The notes under the pieces were generated by a model. That model was not told the origin of the DNA. It saw only the letters and a list, made by a program, of their open reading frames with translations, and searched no databases. This document shows, in pieces, positions 12,799 through 30,869 of a stretch of 64,000 bases of DNA. The translations under genes were made by a program, and so were the position numbers. Each line of letters begins with the position of its first letter. The stretch's first letter is position 1. Origin of the DNA: the human T2T-CHM13v2.0 reference genome, Homo sapiens; the NCBI RefSeq assembly GCF_009914755.1, contig NC_060938.1; one strand, 5' to 3'.

Positions 12799-13059
<261 letters not shown>

Positions 13060-13650
13060 TAGCAAATACCAATCAGAATTATTTTTTATCTGAATCCTGT
13101 GGAAAATGTCAGACCTGCCCTTTGGTCTCTTCCCTAACATGCTTTTATCTACTGCAATCAACTGCATGTTTCCATGGTATCAAACAAACAAATGAGCACA
13201 GGACTGCACCCCAGGGTTTTCAGACAAAGGAGATCCTTATTTGTATCAAACCTTAATATGTTTTCGTTTTTCGTGGGAAAAAGTTTCCTACGTATGATTT
13301 TTTTCTATTTTGTTTGAATAAAGCATTTGTTTTTTATGATTCTCTTGCTCTTTTGCTGGGAGAAGGAAGAAAGGAAATGGTTTAATGGTACTGATTTCAG
13401 TATCATTATCCCATCTCATTCGCACCCATTATGGTCATGTGAGGACGTTTCTGGGCAAAGGAATCTGCAATCCCTCATGTAATCATGAGCATTTCTTGTT
13501 AATATCCTCACCATCACTTCCAGCGTAGAAAACCTTTCCTAAGTTAAATTAAGTTGAGAGCTACCCTGACTCTTCCAGGATGGGAGGAGGTGTCTGAAGA
13601 GATGACTGTGATGCTGAGCAAGGACACGGGAAGACAAAAACAGGGGAGGA

Positions 13651-15946
<2,296 letters not shown>

Positions 15947-18466
15947 GTCCCAATATACATAGCCAAGAAACCTTCCCACCCAATCAGGCCAAGTCATCCT
16001 ACTCCTTTGCACATACCGGCTGCCTCAGGTAAACTCCCTCTGGTAACTTTCCATGCTTTCTACTTTTCCAGTTTATTCACATCTGGATATATCTCGATAA
16101 AACAGCTCTATGGGATGGCTTTTCACAATACTTCCTTGGACTTCCATGCAGACTGCCACCATTCAAGACATCAGCCCCATCCCTAAAACACTCTGATTAA
16201 CTCTTAGACTAATAGGACCTTAATATTCATATCTTAACTTTTGAGGATCCAGAGGGAAGAAATAATAAGGAGGGCTTGTCACTAGTGAGCTAGTCACTCT
16301 CAAGCAGTTCAGATTATAAGCCTTTTGGATTTCAAGTTTAAGATAATTTTTGCAAGCTGACTGTCATTACAAGGCTCACAGGAAAAGACTTTGCTCCCTC
16401 CTTCTCAACTTCCTTCCTTCCCGACCTCCCTTTCTTCCTTCCCTCAAACCACCTTCATTAGTTACTCTCCCATCAGAAGACCTCATTATTAGGAATTCTC
16501 TTAAAATGCCTTTTACAGAAAACAGTCCTCTCTTTCTGCCTTGAATGTGAGCTATTTGACCCTGAAGAGCCGCAGCTGTTCAGTGGCCTGACATTTTTAT
16601 GGCTGGTGAGTTCACACTAAAAGCTGGCTTCCAATGTCTGCTAGAGGCACTGCTAGGAGGGGGTCTTGCGGGCCCTACTATCTTTCCGGGCTCACTGCTA
16701 AAGAATTAATGCAATAGGGAGAGAATCCTCTGTCATGTAATGCTTGTAGGACAATTGGCATTGACTTCTCCCCCACTGGACTGTGTAAAGGAGACCTTGA
16801 CCAATCCAGAAACTATCTACAGCCATTAAAGTACATACCACAAAAGGTGGCTCCCAAATTCCCATCTGCCTATTCTGTTGTCTTGCACCAACAGCTAAGC
16901 AACACACTAGGACCCAAGTTCCAGAGTTGTCTGTATTGCTATCAGACATGAGCTGTGACCCTCGGTCAGTCTCCCACACATCTTGGCTTCACACTTTAGA
17001 AGCTGGACAGAGCAGCCCTAAAACTTCCCATTGAAGGATGCTGTAGCCCTGCCTCTGAGGTTCTCAGTCCTTAGTTGCTGGGAATTTACTGCAGCCAACT
17101 CATTAACGAGAATTAAACAAACTGTTCTCATCACACTGTTTATCAGTTACAGCCAAGAACTCGGGCTTCTTGCCCTGGCTGTTTGGGAAGGGGAAAGGTG
17201 GAAGGGCAATTGCTTAGAGCACATTATATTACAGCAGTAATGAGGCTCATTCCAGGGTTTCCTTTTACCAGGTAGCTGTGGTAACGCTGATCCTCGGGGA
17301 CTCATCTGGGCTGCACTAAAACCACAATGCCTTGATTTTGTCATAAAATCAATGTATAACATTAACATGGCTTTACCCTGTAGAGGCCGTTGTGGTGACC
17401 TAGGAAGAGTGTGGTTGGAAGAGGAGGAAGGAACAAATCAAACTAAATGGATGGGCCCACTGCTGTCCTCACTGGCGTGAGCACAGCTGGAGTGTTGTGT
17501 TCTCATGGATACCGTGTTCTAAGAGCAGCGCTGACAAATGAAACTGCATCCTGGTGAGCAGGTTTATAGACAGACTCAGAAGCATCTACTGACAAGAAAC
17601 TTTTAGCCTGCAAAATAAATTATTACAAAAATATAGCAGCTGTTCTCAAATATTTAAAAAGAAAGAAAACGTATTCTGTATTTCACCAGAAGCCAGGGTG
17701 ACAATCAATGGGTAAAAGTCACCAACCAATTGATTTCATTTTTTTAAGCCATAGAGAAATTTCAAACTCCTAAAATTAGCGATTGAACAGGCTGCCTAAT
17801 AAGATACTGAGTACCCTTTCCTTAGAGACGTCCACATCTCTAGACTGAATGCCCAAGATGGGGTGACCATCTATCACATCAGGGATGTTGTACAAAGTTC
17901 AGGGGTATGTAGAAGTTTGAATACACAATTTAAAAAAAAAAACCTTTTTATTTATAATTTCAAACTCACAAAACATTTCAAAAATAAAAATAGCACAACG
18001 AACACCTTTTACTTTTCCAGATACACTTTTTTGTTCTATAGATAAAACTGATTTTTAAACTTGTATTCATTTACTTCATCGTTTGTTCTCTTGCTCTTCC
18101 TTTGTGTGTACGTGTACACATAATTTTTTTCTGAACCATCTGAGAGTAAGTTACATACATCACGGCTCTCAATTCCTAAATACTCCAGTGTACATTTCCT
18201 AAGAATAAAGATATGCTCTTATACAACTTCAGTACATGTATCAACTTCATAAATTTATATTGATACATTTATCTAATCATACCATCCATGTTCCAATTAT
18301 GTCAGTTGATATACTAACGTATATTCTTTATAGCGTTTCCCCTGCTCCAGAAAAAGATCTAATCAAAATCAGGTATTGCATTTAGTTGTCATATTTCTGT
18401 AACCTCTCATGCTCTCTAGGCTTTCTTTGTCTTTCATGATATTGACATTTTTTAATTATAGTCGAA

Positions 18467-18845
18467 TGTAAGCAGAATAATGGCCCCCCAAAAATGTTCA
18501 TGTCCTAATCCCCAGAACCTGTGAATATATTACCTTATATGGCAAAGAGGACTTTGCAGATGTGACAAGGTTAAGGATTTTGAGAAAGGAAGATTAATTC
18601 TCCTGGATTATCCAGGTGGGCCCGGTGTAATCACAAGGAGCCTTATGAGAAAGAGACAGGAGAGTCAGAGGGAGAGAGGGAGAGAGGGAGAGAAGGAGAG
18701 AAGGAGAGAAGGAGAGAAGGAGAGAAGGAGAGAAGGAGAGAAGGAGAGAAGGAGAGAAGGAGACGTGAGGATGGAAACAGAGGTGAGAGTAATGTGAGTG
18801 CTGTCTTTGAAGATGCGAAGGGACCATGAGCCAAGGAATACAAGT
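18467..18845 (+). mobile_element. MLT1 (MaLR LTR, MLT1D-like), 3' part lost
   Basis: gcagaataatggccccc...gtcctaatccccagaacctgtgaatat...ggattatccaggtgggccc. Confidence 0.8.
18671..18763. repeat. (GGAGAGAA)n octamer tandem repeat
   Basis: Two GGAGAGAG units followed by about nine GGAGAGAA units. Confidence 0.9.
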
Positions 18846-20578
18846 CCTCCCTCCCATCTTTTTTTAAACTCTAATTTTCCTTGTTTAGTGTTTGTCTGAT
18901 GTTTCTTTTCATTAGTTTGAAGTTACACATTCTCCGCTGGAATATAGCATAGGTGGTATCAGGGTGTCCTATCTTGGGACACACAATTTTCATCTGTCTC
19001 CCATAGGTGATATAAATTTTGATCACTCCGTCAAGGTGTTGCCCAATTTCTTTTGTGTAGATTTACATGATTTTTTTTTCGTTCTTACAATTAACACGTG
19101 GTCTGCTCCTCACCTAAAATTTATCCTAGATTTAGCATCCACCGATGATTCTTGTCTAAACCAATCTTTACTATGATGGCTGCAAATCATGATTGTTTAG
19201 CTCCAACACTCTCTCCACAATTACCAGTTGGTCCTCAGCATTCTACAGTAAGCAAGTTCCCGCTCACCTCCTTCATTAATTAATTTACCTATTATGAGTA
19301 CGGGCTCATGAATTCCTCAGCTTGTGAATTTCTCCCCCAGGAGTTTATAATTCATTCATGTTCTTAATTATTTTATGCTCAAATGCTTCCAGATTTGACC
19401 AGGCAGAGCCCTTTCAAGCTTTCTCCTGTGTCCTCATATGCCCCCATCTTTAGAAAAGCATTTTCTCACTGTCTGGCATAACAAAAGGTTCCAGGTTTAT
19501 CTTATAACTACCCTGCCACAGGGTAGTGGAGTCAGCCACTTCTCCAAGGAACTCTGATGCCTTTTAGTGGAAAATGGTATTAAAGATCAAGATTAACTTT
19601 GCTTCTAACATTTTCCACAGAGGGAGAAAATGTATATATGTAGATATACACATAATGTACACACAAATATAAACACACACATATATACATGCACATACGC
19701 ATACACGTTTTAGGAATGATGAGTTCACATTGATACCTCAAATTCTACCCCATCCCTACAGCATTCTTCCTTGCCTTACCCCATTCTATATTTGTATGTT
19801 CCTTCTTTCACAGTGAGAATCCTAACTCCCAACACATCGACACATGTAGTCATTTGCTCAGTTCTATATTAATCTAAAAGAGTTTCAAAATTGTTTCTTG
19901 TGTAACACTACTAAAAACTAACCTACTAAAAAAAGTTCAGAATTTGTTCATACTTCTTCCCCTTTCTGCATCCCCTCCCCACATTCCACTCTGGTCCAGA
20001 ACAAGGATTATATAATTAAAAACTCTTCATAAGTTACTTGGATTTGTTCTTTCTTCTTTGTCCTCCCTCTTCAGTATGGTTATAGTAACCATAAAAAAAT
20101 GCACTTAGATTAATTTGCTTCCATTTGCTTTCAGATTTAGTCAGGTTTTCCCTTCTAACTCTTACTGATTTTTTAATTTTTAATTTTTGCAGGCACATGG
20201 TAGGTGTATGTACTTATGGGGTATTTGAGATATTCTGATACAGGCATACAATACATAATAAACACATCAGGGTAAATGAGGTATCCATCACCTGAAGCAT
20301 GTATCCTTCCTTTGTGTTACAATCCAATTATACTTTTAGTTATTTTTAAATGTACAATTATTGTGTGCTATCAAATACTAGATCTTGTTCATTCTATCTA
20401 ATTATATTTTTGTATCCATTAGCCATCCCCACTCCCCTCCCCTCAGACTACCCTCCCCAACCTCTGGTGACCAGCATACTACTCTCTATCTCCAAAATGT
20501 GGCTGCTTTATTTTACTTAACATAATGATCTCCACTTCAACCATGTTGTTGCAAATGACATGGCCATTTCATGGCTGA

Positions 20579-20897
<319 letters not shown>

Positions 20898-22789
20898 ACC
20901 ATATTTTCTTTATCCATTCATCTATTGATGGATACTTAGGTTGATTCCATGTCTTGGCTATTGTGAATAGTGCTGCTATAAACATGGAAGTGCAGATATC
21001 TCTTTGATATACTGATTTCCCTTCTGTTGGGTATATACCTTGCAGTGGGATTGCTGGATCATATAGTGGTTCAATTTTTGTTTTTTTGAGGAACCTCTAT
21101 ACTGTTTACCATAGTGAGTGTGCTAATTTTCATTCCCACCAACAGTATACGAGGGTTCCCTTTTCTCCAAATTCTCACCAGCATTCATTACTGCATGTAT
21201 TTTGGATGTAAGCCATTTTAACTAGGGTGAGATATCTCATCGCAGTTTTGATTTGCATTTTTCTTATGATCAAAGAGTTCAGCACTTTTCCATATACCTG
21301 TTTGCCATTTGTATGCCTTCTTTTGAGAAATGTCTATTCAGATCTCTTGCCCATGTTCTAATCAGATTATTAGATTTTTTCCTATGGAGTTATTTGAGCT
21401 TCTTATATATTTTGCTTATTAACCCATTGTCAGATGGATATTTTGCAAATATTTTCTCCCATTCTGCAGGTTGTTACTTCATTTTGTTGATTATTTCCTT
21501 TGCTGTGCAGAAGCTTTTTAATTTGATGTGATTGATCCTATTTGTCCATTTTTGCTTTGGTTGCCTGTGCTTGTGGGGTATTACTCAAGAAATCTTTGCT
21601 CAGACCAATGTCTTGGAAAGTTTCCCCAATGTTTTATTTTAGTGGTTTCATAGTTTGAGGTCTTAGATTTAAGTCTTTAATCAATTTTGATTTGATTTGT
21701 GTATATGGCAAGAGACAAGAGTCTATAGTTTTACTCTTCTGCATATGAATATCCAGTTTTCCCAGCACCACTGATTGACGAGATGGTCCTTTCCCTAATA
21801 TATGTTCTTGGCATCTTTGTCGAAAATGAGTTCAATGTAGATGTATGTATTTGTTTCTGGGTTCTCTATTCTGTTCCCTCTGTTTTTATGTGTCTGTTTT
21901 TATGTCAGTACCATGCTGTTTTGGTTACCTGAGCTCTGTAGTATAATTTGAAGTCAGGGAAAGTGATTCCTCCAGTTTTGTTCTTTTTATTCAGGATAGC
22001 TTTGGCCATTCTGGGTCTTTTGCGGTTCCATATAAATTTTAGGATTATTTTTTCCATTTCTGTGAGGAACGCCATTGGTATTTTGAAAGGGATTGCATTG
22101 AGTCTGTAGATTACTTAGGGTAGTTTGGACATTTTAACAATATTGATTCTTCCAATCCATGAACATGGAATCTTTCCTTTTGTGTGTGTGTGCACTCTTC
22201 AATTTCTTTATCAATGTTTTACAGTTTTCACTGTAGAGATCTTTAATTTCTTTGGTTAATTTCTAGGCATTTAATTGTATTTGTAGCTACTGTAAATGGG
22301 ATTATTTTCTTGATATCTTTTCAGATTGTTTGCTGTTAGCATATGTAAGCACCACTGATTTTGTATGTCGATTTTATATCCTGCAACTTTACTGTATCTA
22401 TCAGTTCTAATAGTCTTTTCATTGTATCTTTAGGTTTTTCCAAATATAAGATCATATTATCTGCAAAAAGAATGATTTGACTTCTTCCTTTCCAATTTGA
22501 ATGCCCTTTATTTCTTTTTTGTTGTTTTTGGATTGCTCTAGCTAGAACTTCCAGTACTATGCTGAATAACAATGGTTAAAGTGGACTTTCTTGTCATGTT
22601 CCAGATCTTAGAGAAAAGGCTTTCAATGTTTCCCTGTTCTATATGATACTATCTGTTGGTCTGTCATATATGGCTTTGATTATGTTGAGGTATATTCTTT
22701 CTATGCCCACTTTTCTGAGAGCTTTCCCCATGAAGGGATGTTGAATTTTATAAAATTCTTTTTCGGCATCAGTTGAAATGATCATATGG

Positions 22790-23063
22790 TTTTTGTTGTT
22801 GTTGTTGTTGTTTTGAGATGGAATCTCACTCTGTCACCCAGGCTAGAGTGCAGTGGCACGACCACCTTCCAATTTTAAGTGATTCTCCCGAATAACTAGC
22901 ATTATAGGTGTGTGCCACCAAGCCCAGCTAATTTTTGTATTTTTAGTAGAGACAGGGTTTCGCCATGTTAGCCAGGCTAGTCTCAAACTCCTGACCTCAG
23001 GTGATCCACCTGCCTTGGCCTCCCAAAGTGCTGGGATTACAGACGTGAGCCACCACACCTGAC
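22790..23063 (-). mobile_element. AluS-like with (TTG)n tail and internal deletions, followed by a CT-rich low-complexity tract (23065-23210)
   Basis: Alu left arm intact, right arm shortened. Confidence 0.85.
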
Positions 23064-24328
23064 CCTTTTTCCTTCCTGTCTTCCTGTCTTCCTGTCTCCC
23101 TTCCCTCCCCTCGCCTTTTTTCTTTTTCTTTCTTTCTTTCTCTCTCTCTTTCTTTCTTTCTTTCTTTCCTCTCTCTCTCTTTCTTCTTTCTTTCTTTCTT
23201 TCTTTCTTTCATGCGTCTTTGTTTGATTTTGGTGTCAGGGTAATACTAAATTTGAAAATATCTCACCTCCTGTATTTTTCAGAATAGTTTGACTAGAATT
23301 GGTATTAATTATTCTTTAAATGTTTGGTTAAATTCAGCAGTGAAGCCATCAGGTCCTGGACTTTGCCTTTCTGGGAGACTTTTTATTATGACTTCAATCT
23401 CCTTACTTGTTATTGGTCTGTTTATGTTTTGTATTTCTTCATCTTGGTAGGTTGCATGTGTCTAGAAACTTATCCATTTATTCTATGTTTTCCAATTTAT
23501 TGGCATATAGTTGCTCATAATAGCCTCTAAACTCAGTGATTCTTTGAATTTCTGCAGCATCAGTTTTAATGTCTCCTTTGACATCTCTGATTTTACTTAT
23601 TTGGGTCTTCTCTCTTTTTTCTTTGTCTCACAAAAGATTTGTGAATTTTATCTTTTCAGAACACCATTTCTTTTGTCTCATTGACCTTTCATATTCTTTT
23701 CTTCACTTCAATTTTTTTATTTCTGTTCTAGACTTTATTACGCCTTTTCTTCTACTAAGATTGAGTTTGGTTTCCTCTTGATTTTCTAATTCTTTAAGAT
23801 GCATTGTTAGGTTGTTTATTTGAAGTTTTTCTACTTTTTGGATATAGGTGCTTATTGCTAAAAACTTTCCTCTTAGTACTGCTTTCATTGCATCCCATTG
23901 GTTTTGGTATGTTGTGTTTCTATTATCATTTGTTTCAAGAAATTTTTAATTTCCTTCTTAATTTCTTCATTAACCCACTGGTCATTTGGGAACATATTGT
24001 TTAATTTCCATGTGTTTGCATAGTTTCCAAAGTTCCTGCTGTTACTGATTTCTAGTTTTATTCCATTGTGGTCAGATGAGACATTTGATATAATTTAAAT
24101 TAAAAAAATGTAAGATGTGTTTTGTGGCCTAACATATCGTCTTGTCTTTCAGAATGATCCATGCGTTGAGGAGAGGAATGTGTATTCTAGAGTCATTGAA
24201 TGAAATGTTCTGTAAATATCTGTTAGGTTCATTTGATCTACAGTGCAGATTAAATTCAACGATTCTTTGCTGATTTTCTATATGGATGATCTCTCCAATG
24301 ATGAAAGTGAGGGGTTGAAGTCTCCAGC

Positions 24329-24689
<361 letters not shown>

Positions 24690-26830
24690 TAATTCTAGTA
24701 ATATTTGCTTTATATATCTGGGTGCTTCAGTGTTGGGTGCATATATATATATTTACAATTGCTATATCCTCTTGCTGAATTGACCTTGTTGTGATTATGT
24801 AATAACTTTCTTTGTCTCTTTTTATAGTTTTTGTTGTAAAATCTATTTTGTCTGATGTAAGTATAGCAACTACTGCTGGGTTTTCGGTTTCTATTTGCAT
24901 GGAATATCTTTTTCCATTCCTTCATTTTCAATCTATGTATGTCTTTATAGGTAAAGTGTGTTTCTTGTAGGCAACAAATTGTTGGGTCTTGTTTTTTTTT
25001 TTTTCTTTTCATTCAGTCACTCTGTCTTTCTATTGGAGAATTTAGTCTATTTACATTCAATGTTATTATTGATAAGTAACAACTTGCTCCTTCCTTTTTG
25101 TTATTTGTTTTCTGGTTGTTTTGTGGTCTTCTCTTTCTTCCTTCCTCTCTTCTTATCTTCCTTTTAGTGAAGGTGATTATCTCTGATGGTATGTTTTAAT
25201 TTCTTGCTTTTTATTTTTTGTGTATCTATTGTATGTTTTTTTAATTTGAGGTTACCATGAGGCTTGCAAATAATATCACCTATTATTTTAAACTGATGAC
25301 AACATAATACTGATTGCATAAAGAAATAAACAAGCAAAGAGAAAACTAATAAAAACTCTACACTTTAACTTTGTACCCCTGCTTTTTAACTTTTTGTTGT
25401 TTCTATTTACATGCCGACGTCTTGAAAAGTTGTCATAATTATTATTTTTTATTGGTTCATGTTTTAGTCTTTCTACTCAAGATAAGGGTAATTTACCCAC
25501 CACAATTACAGTGTTATAATATTCTGTATACTGGCATATACTAACACCAGTGAGTTTTGTACCTTCAGATGATTTCTTATTGCCCATCTTTGTCTTTTTC
25601 TTTCAGATTGCAGAACTCCATTTAGCATTTTTTGTAGGACAAGTCTTTTGTATGTCTGAGAAAGTCATTCTCCTTTATGTTTGAAGGATATTTTTGCTGG
25701 ATATACTATTCTAGGATTAAAGGTTTTTTCCCCAGCACTTTAAATAGGTCATGCTACTATCCTGTCTTGGCCTATAAGGTCTCTACTGAACAGTCTGCTG
25801 CCAAATGTATTGGAGCTCCATTATAGGTTATGTGTTTCTTTTATCTTTCTGCTTATATGATTCTTTATTGTTGGTTTTTTGGGAGTTTGATTATTAAATG
25901 TCTTGAGGTAGTCTTATTTGGGTTAAGTCTGCTTGGTGTTCTATAACCTTCTTAAACTTGAATATTGATATTTGTCTCTAGGTTTGAGAAGTTATCTGTT
26001 ATTATCCCTTTGAATAAACTTTCCACCCCTATTTATCTCTCTACCTCCTCTTTAAGGCCAATAATTCTTAGGTTTGCCCATTTGAGGCTATGTTTTAGAC
26101 CTTGCAGGATTGCTTCATTCTTTTTTAGTTTTTATTTTGTCTCATCTGACTGCATATTTTCAAATAGCCTATCTTCAAGCTCAGTAATTCTTTCTTCTAT
26201 TTGATCAATTCTGCTGTTAAGATACTTATACATTCTTCAGGATGTCAATTGCATTTTTCAATTTTAGAATTTCTGCCTTATTCTTTTAAATTATTTTCAA
26301 TGTTAAACTTTTCTGATAGGATTCTGAACTCCTTCCCTGTGTTATCATAAATTTCATTGAGCTTCCTTAAAACAGTCATTTTGAATTCTCTGTCAGAAAG
26401 ATTACACTTCTTGGTCTCTTCAGGATTGGTCACTGGTGCCTTATTTAGTTTGTTAAATGAGGTCATATTTTCCTGGATGGTCTTCATGGTTGTGCATGTT
26501 CATCAGTTTCTGGACATTGGAGAGTTAGGCATTTTTTGTACTCTTTACAGTCTGGCCTTTTTTGTTCCTGTCCTTCTTGGGAAGGCTTTCCAATTATTCA
26601 AAGGGAAGTGAGTGTTGTGATCTAAGTCTAAGTGAGATATAAGTGCCCCTCAGGGGGTACTGTATCCATATATGCCTCAGGGGGCACCCCAAGCCCAATA
26701 ATGCTGTGGCTCTTATAGATTTGTAGAGGCACCACCTTGGTGGTCTTGGATAAAGTCTGGAAGAATTCTCTGGATTACCAGGCAGAGACTCTTGTTCTCT
26801 TTCCTTGCTTTCTCCCAAACAACAAATGGA

Positions 26831-26832
<2 letters not shown>

Positions 26833-26901
<69 letters not shown>
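26833..26901. repeat. Compound (CT)n(GT)n microsatellite
   Basis: Directly visible. Confidence 0.95.
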
Positions 26902-26904
<3 letters not shown>

Positions 26905-28507
26905 AGCTGCCTGGAACTGGGGGAGGAATGACACAAGCACCCCTGTGGTCTACCACCACTGGGACTGTGCTGGGTCAGAACTGCAGCCAGCATATATCAC
27001 CCAAGGCTTATAGTAACCACTACCTGGTCATCACCTATGTTCATTCAAGGCCTTAAGGCTCTACAATCAGCAGGTGATGAAGCCAGCCAGGCTTGTGTCC
27101 TTCCTTTTTGTGCAGTCAGTTTCCCCTGCTCCCAGGTGGATCCAGAGATGCCATCCCAGAGCCAGGGCCTGAAGTTGGGAACCTTAGGAATCTACCTGGT
27201 GCTCTATTCTACTACTGCTGAGTTGGCACCCAAGCCACAAGAGAAAGCCCTTCCTCTTCTTTCACAAGCAGAGGAGTCTCTCCCTGTGGCCAGTACTATT
27301 CCAGGCCCATGGCAAGTACTGCCTAGCTACCACCAATGTTCATTCAAGGTCCAAGAGCTCTTTAGCCAGCTTATGATAAATGCTGCAAGGCCAAGGACTC
27401 TCCCTTCAGGGCAGTGAGCTTCCCTTTGGCCCAGGGCAGGTCTAGAAATGCTGTCCAAGAGCTAAGGGCTAGAATTGGGTACCCCAAGAGCCCACTTGGT
27501 GCTCTATCCAACTGTGGCCCAGCTGGTACCTATGCTGCAAGACAAATTTTCCTTTACTCTTACCTCTCCTTTTCTCCACAGAAAGGGTCCCTCCTCAGAG
27601 CCACCATAGCTAGGAATGTACAGTTTCACACCTGAAGCCAGTACCTCTCTGAATCTTGTCCAAGGTCCACAGCAAGTACTGCCTGGGTTCCACTGCTGAA
27701 TATTCAGAGCCCAAGGGCTCCTCAGTAAGCAGATAATCCTGCCAGGCCTGGGTCCTTCCCTTCAAGGTAGCAGGTTCCCTTTCAGCCCAAGTATGTCTAG
27801 AAATGTCATCTGGCAGCTAGGGCCTGGAATGGGGGCCTCAGGACTCTACCTAGTGCTCTATCCTACTGTGGCTGAGGTGATATCCAAGTTGCAAGACAAA
27901 CTCCTTTTTACTCTTCCCTCTCTTCTCCTCAAGCAGAGGGAAGGAGTCTCCCCTGGAGCTGTGAACTGCATTGCCTGCAGTTAGGGAAGGGGTGGAGCAA
28001 GCACCCTCTTGGCTGCCCCCACTGTTGTCTTACTAATTCATGTGCCCTCCAAGCCCACAGGCTTCAGATCCAGCACAGCACCAACACTTAACCAGGAATT
28101 GCAGTCCTTGTGGCCTACATTGCCTTTCAAGTTTATTTAGGACCCCAGAGCACTTTAGCCCACAGTGGTGAGGCTTGCTGGAACTCAGGTTCTGACCATT
28201 GGGATGGGAGATTCCCCTCTGGCTAGCGGTGGTCTAAATGCTTCCTCCATGGGTGCCAGCTGAGTTCTGCCTTGTGTTGCTTTCTGCTGAGACAGGGCAG
28301 CACTAAGTTGAAATACAATGCCCCACAACCACTGCACTCTTTCTCCTCAGTGCACAGATTCTCTCTCTGCACCGTGCAAATGCTGCCAAGGGATGGGAGA
28401 GAGATGGCATTAGCAATTCATGGCTGTCTTTTCTACCCTTTTCAGTGCCTCCTTCAGTGATATGAAATTAGAATCGGGTACTATGACTGCTCACCTGGGT
28501 TTTGGTT

Positions 28508-28508
28508 C

Positions 28509-28540
<32 letters not shown>

Positions 28541-28541
28541 G
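28508..28541. repeat. (TTG)n microsatellite
   Basis: Directly visible. Confidence 0.9.
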
Positions 28542-28704
28542 ATTTTGGTTCTTATGAAGACACTTTTCTGTGTGGATAGTCATTCAATTTGGTGTCCCTG
28601 TGGGGAGAACAATTGGTGGAGGCTTCTATTTGGCCATATTGTTCCACCTCTTCCCATTCTTATTGATTGATTTGATTTTTTAAAATATGTAGGCTAGTAA
28701 CATA

Positions 28705-29371
28705 CAGTCATGCATCCCTTAATGACAGAGATACATTCTGAGAAATGGGTCTTTAAGTGATTTCATCATTGTGCAAACATCATAGCATATACTTACACAC
28801 ACCTAGGTGGTGTAATCTACTATACACCTAGGTTATATGGTATAATCTATTGTTCCTAGGCTACAAAACTGTACAGCATGTTACCATATTGAGTATTGGA
28901 AGCAACTGTAACACAATGGTAAGTATCTGTGTATCTAAACATAGAAAAGGCATAGTAAAAAATATGATATACAAGATAACTGGGGCCAGGCACAGTGGCT
29001 CATATCTATAATCCCAGTGCTTTGTTGGGCTGATTCAGGAAAATTGCTTGAGGCCAAGTGTTCTAGATCAGCCTGGGAAACATAGTAAGACCATGAATTG
29101 AGCTTGCAGGACAGGAAATTGCTCTGGGCAAGTCAGTGAATAAGTGGTGAGTGAATGTGAAGGCCTCAGACACTACTGTACACTACTGTAGAGTTTATAA
29201 ACACTGTATATCTAGGCTACATTACATTTATAAAAAATAAAGTAACTGCACTACTATGTTACAACAGCTATAATATCACTACGTAATAGCAGTTTTTCAG
29301 CTTCATTATAAACTTATGAGACCACCATTGTATATGCATTGATTGAAATGTCATTATGCGGCACATGATTG
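28705..29371 (+). mobile_element. Short Tigger3 (Tigger3c-like) with an internal Alu left-arm fragment (28984-29092)
   Basis: TA|cagtcatgcatcccttaatg...cattatgcggcacatgattg|TA; homologous to the copy at 11365-12450. Confidence 0.88.
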
Positions 29372-30473
29372 TACTTTCAAAGTCAAAACTGCATGAAAAG
29401 GTATACTCAGAGAACTTTCATTCTTTCTTGTCTTTCTTCCTCTCCATTACCCTCATCCCCACTCTACCATCCTGCCTTGTAAGTATCCAACCTCAGTATT
29501 TTCTTTTTTTTCTTCCTGTTTCTTGTGTAATGATGAATGCATGTATGTATGTATATATGTATATGTTTATATTAATATAAATGAATATATATGTTTTCTT
29601 AGCTTTCCTATGCTTTTGTACAAAAGGTAGCATATTACATATATTCTTTTGCAGTGAGTTTTTATATTTTATAATATCTGCTGGAAATCAGCCCACATTC
29701 AATCATAAAGATCTTCATCCTCATTCCTCTTTAAGGTTGCATAGTACTTCATAGTATTTTCATAGTCTATTCAATCATTCTTCAATATTTTCCAATTACA
29801 TACAACTTTGCAATGAGCAACTTTGTGCATATCTATTTATTATAGGTGGAAGTATATTTCCAGTATAAATTTCTAGAGGTGAGATCACTAGGTCAAAGAG
29901 TAGATGGGTACACATGTCCTCTTTTTAAATATTGCTACATTCTCCTCATAGGTACCATTGTACAATTTTGCATTCCCACTATCAATGTATAAGTGTACCT
30001 TTCCTCATAGCCTTGCTAAGCTTGTGAATTTTTGTCAATTTGATGGATAAGACATATCTCAATGAAGTTTTAATTTGCAATTCTTTTTTATAAGTGAATT
30101 AAGTATATTTTTATGTTTAAGGACCATTTTTAACATCTCTTAATTTAAAAAGTGTCTCTTTGTACCTGTTTCCTACTTTTCTATGGGATTTTTGGTATTT
30201 TTTTTCAATTTTTAAGAGTTCTTTATAAATAATATATTAGATCTTTTTACTTTAATATATATAGTGAAGACTTTCTTCCCAGTTTGTCATTTGCCTTTGA
30301 CTTTGTTTAGGTTGTTTTTTCCCATATAAAAGTTTGGTGGTTTTGTGTAGTCAGGTTTATCAATCTTTTTTTTTTTGTCACCTCAAAAAGGGTTTACCAA
30401 TCTCTTTTGCTGTACTTGGAAAGCTAATTCTTATACTGAGGTTAAAGAGGAATTCACCCAGGTTCTCTTCTAG

Positions 30474-30869
<396 letters not shown>

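Larger units (their letters stand above)
17930..20150 (-). mobile_element. Old L1M (L1MC4-like) 3' region, interrupted by MLT1
   Basis: ctgaaccatctgagagtaagtt...cctaaatactccagtgtacatttcctaagaa is typical of antisense old L1M 3'UTR; approximate ends. Confidence 0.65.

Noticed and set aside
16000-17900. Largely repeat-free intergenic stretch, possible enhancer or lncRNA exon
   Set aside because: No CpG island, ORF or motif cluster that can be supported from sequence alone
26594-26993. ORFs with HTHT/ERER/VCVC runs
   Set aside because: Translations of the (CT)n(GT)n microsatellite
27050-27960. Several ~350-bp diverged direct repeats
   Set aside because: Consistent with the internal repeat structure of L1MA-type 5'UTRs, not locus-specific
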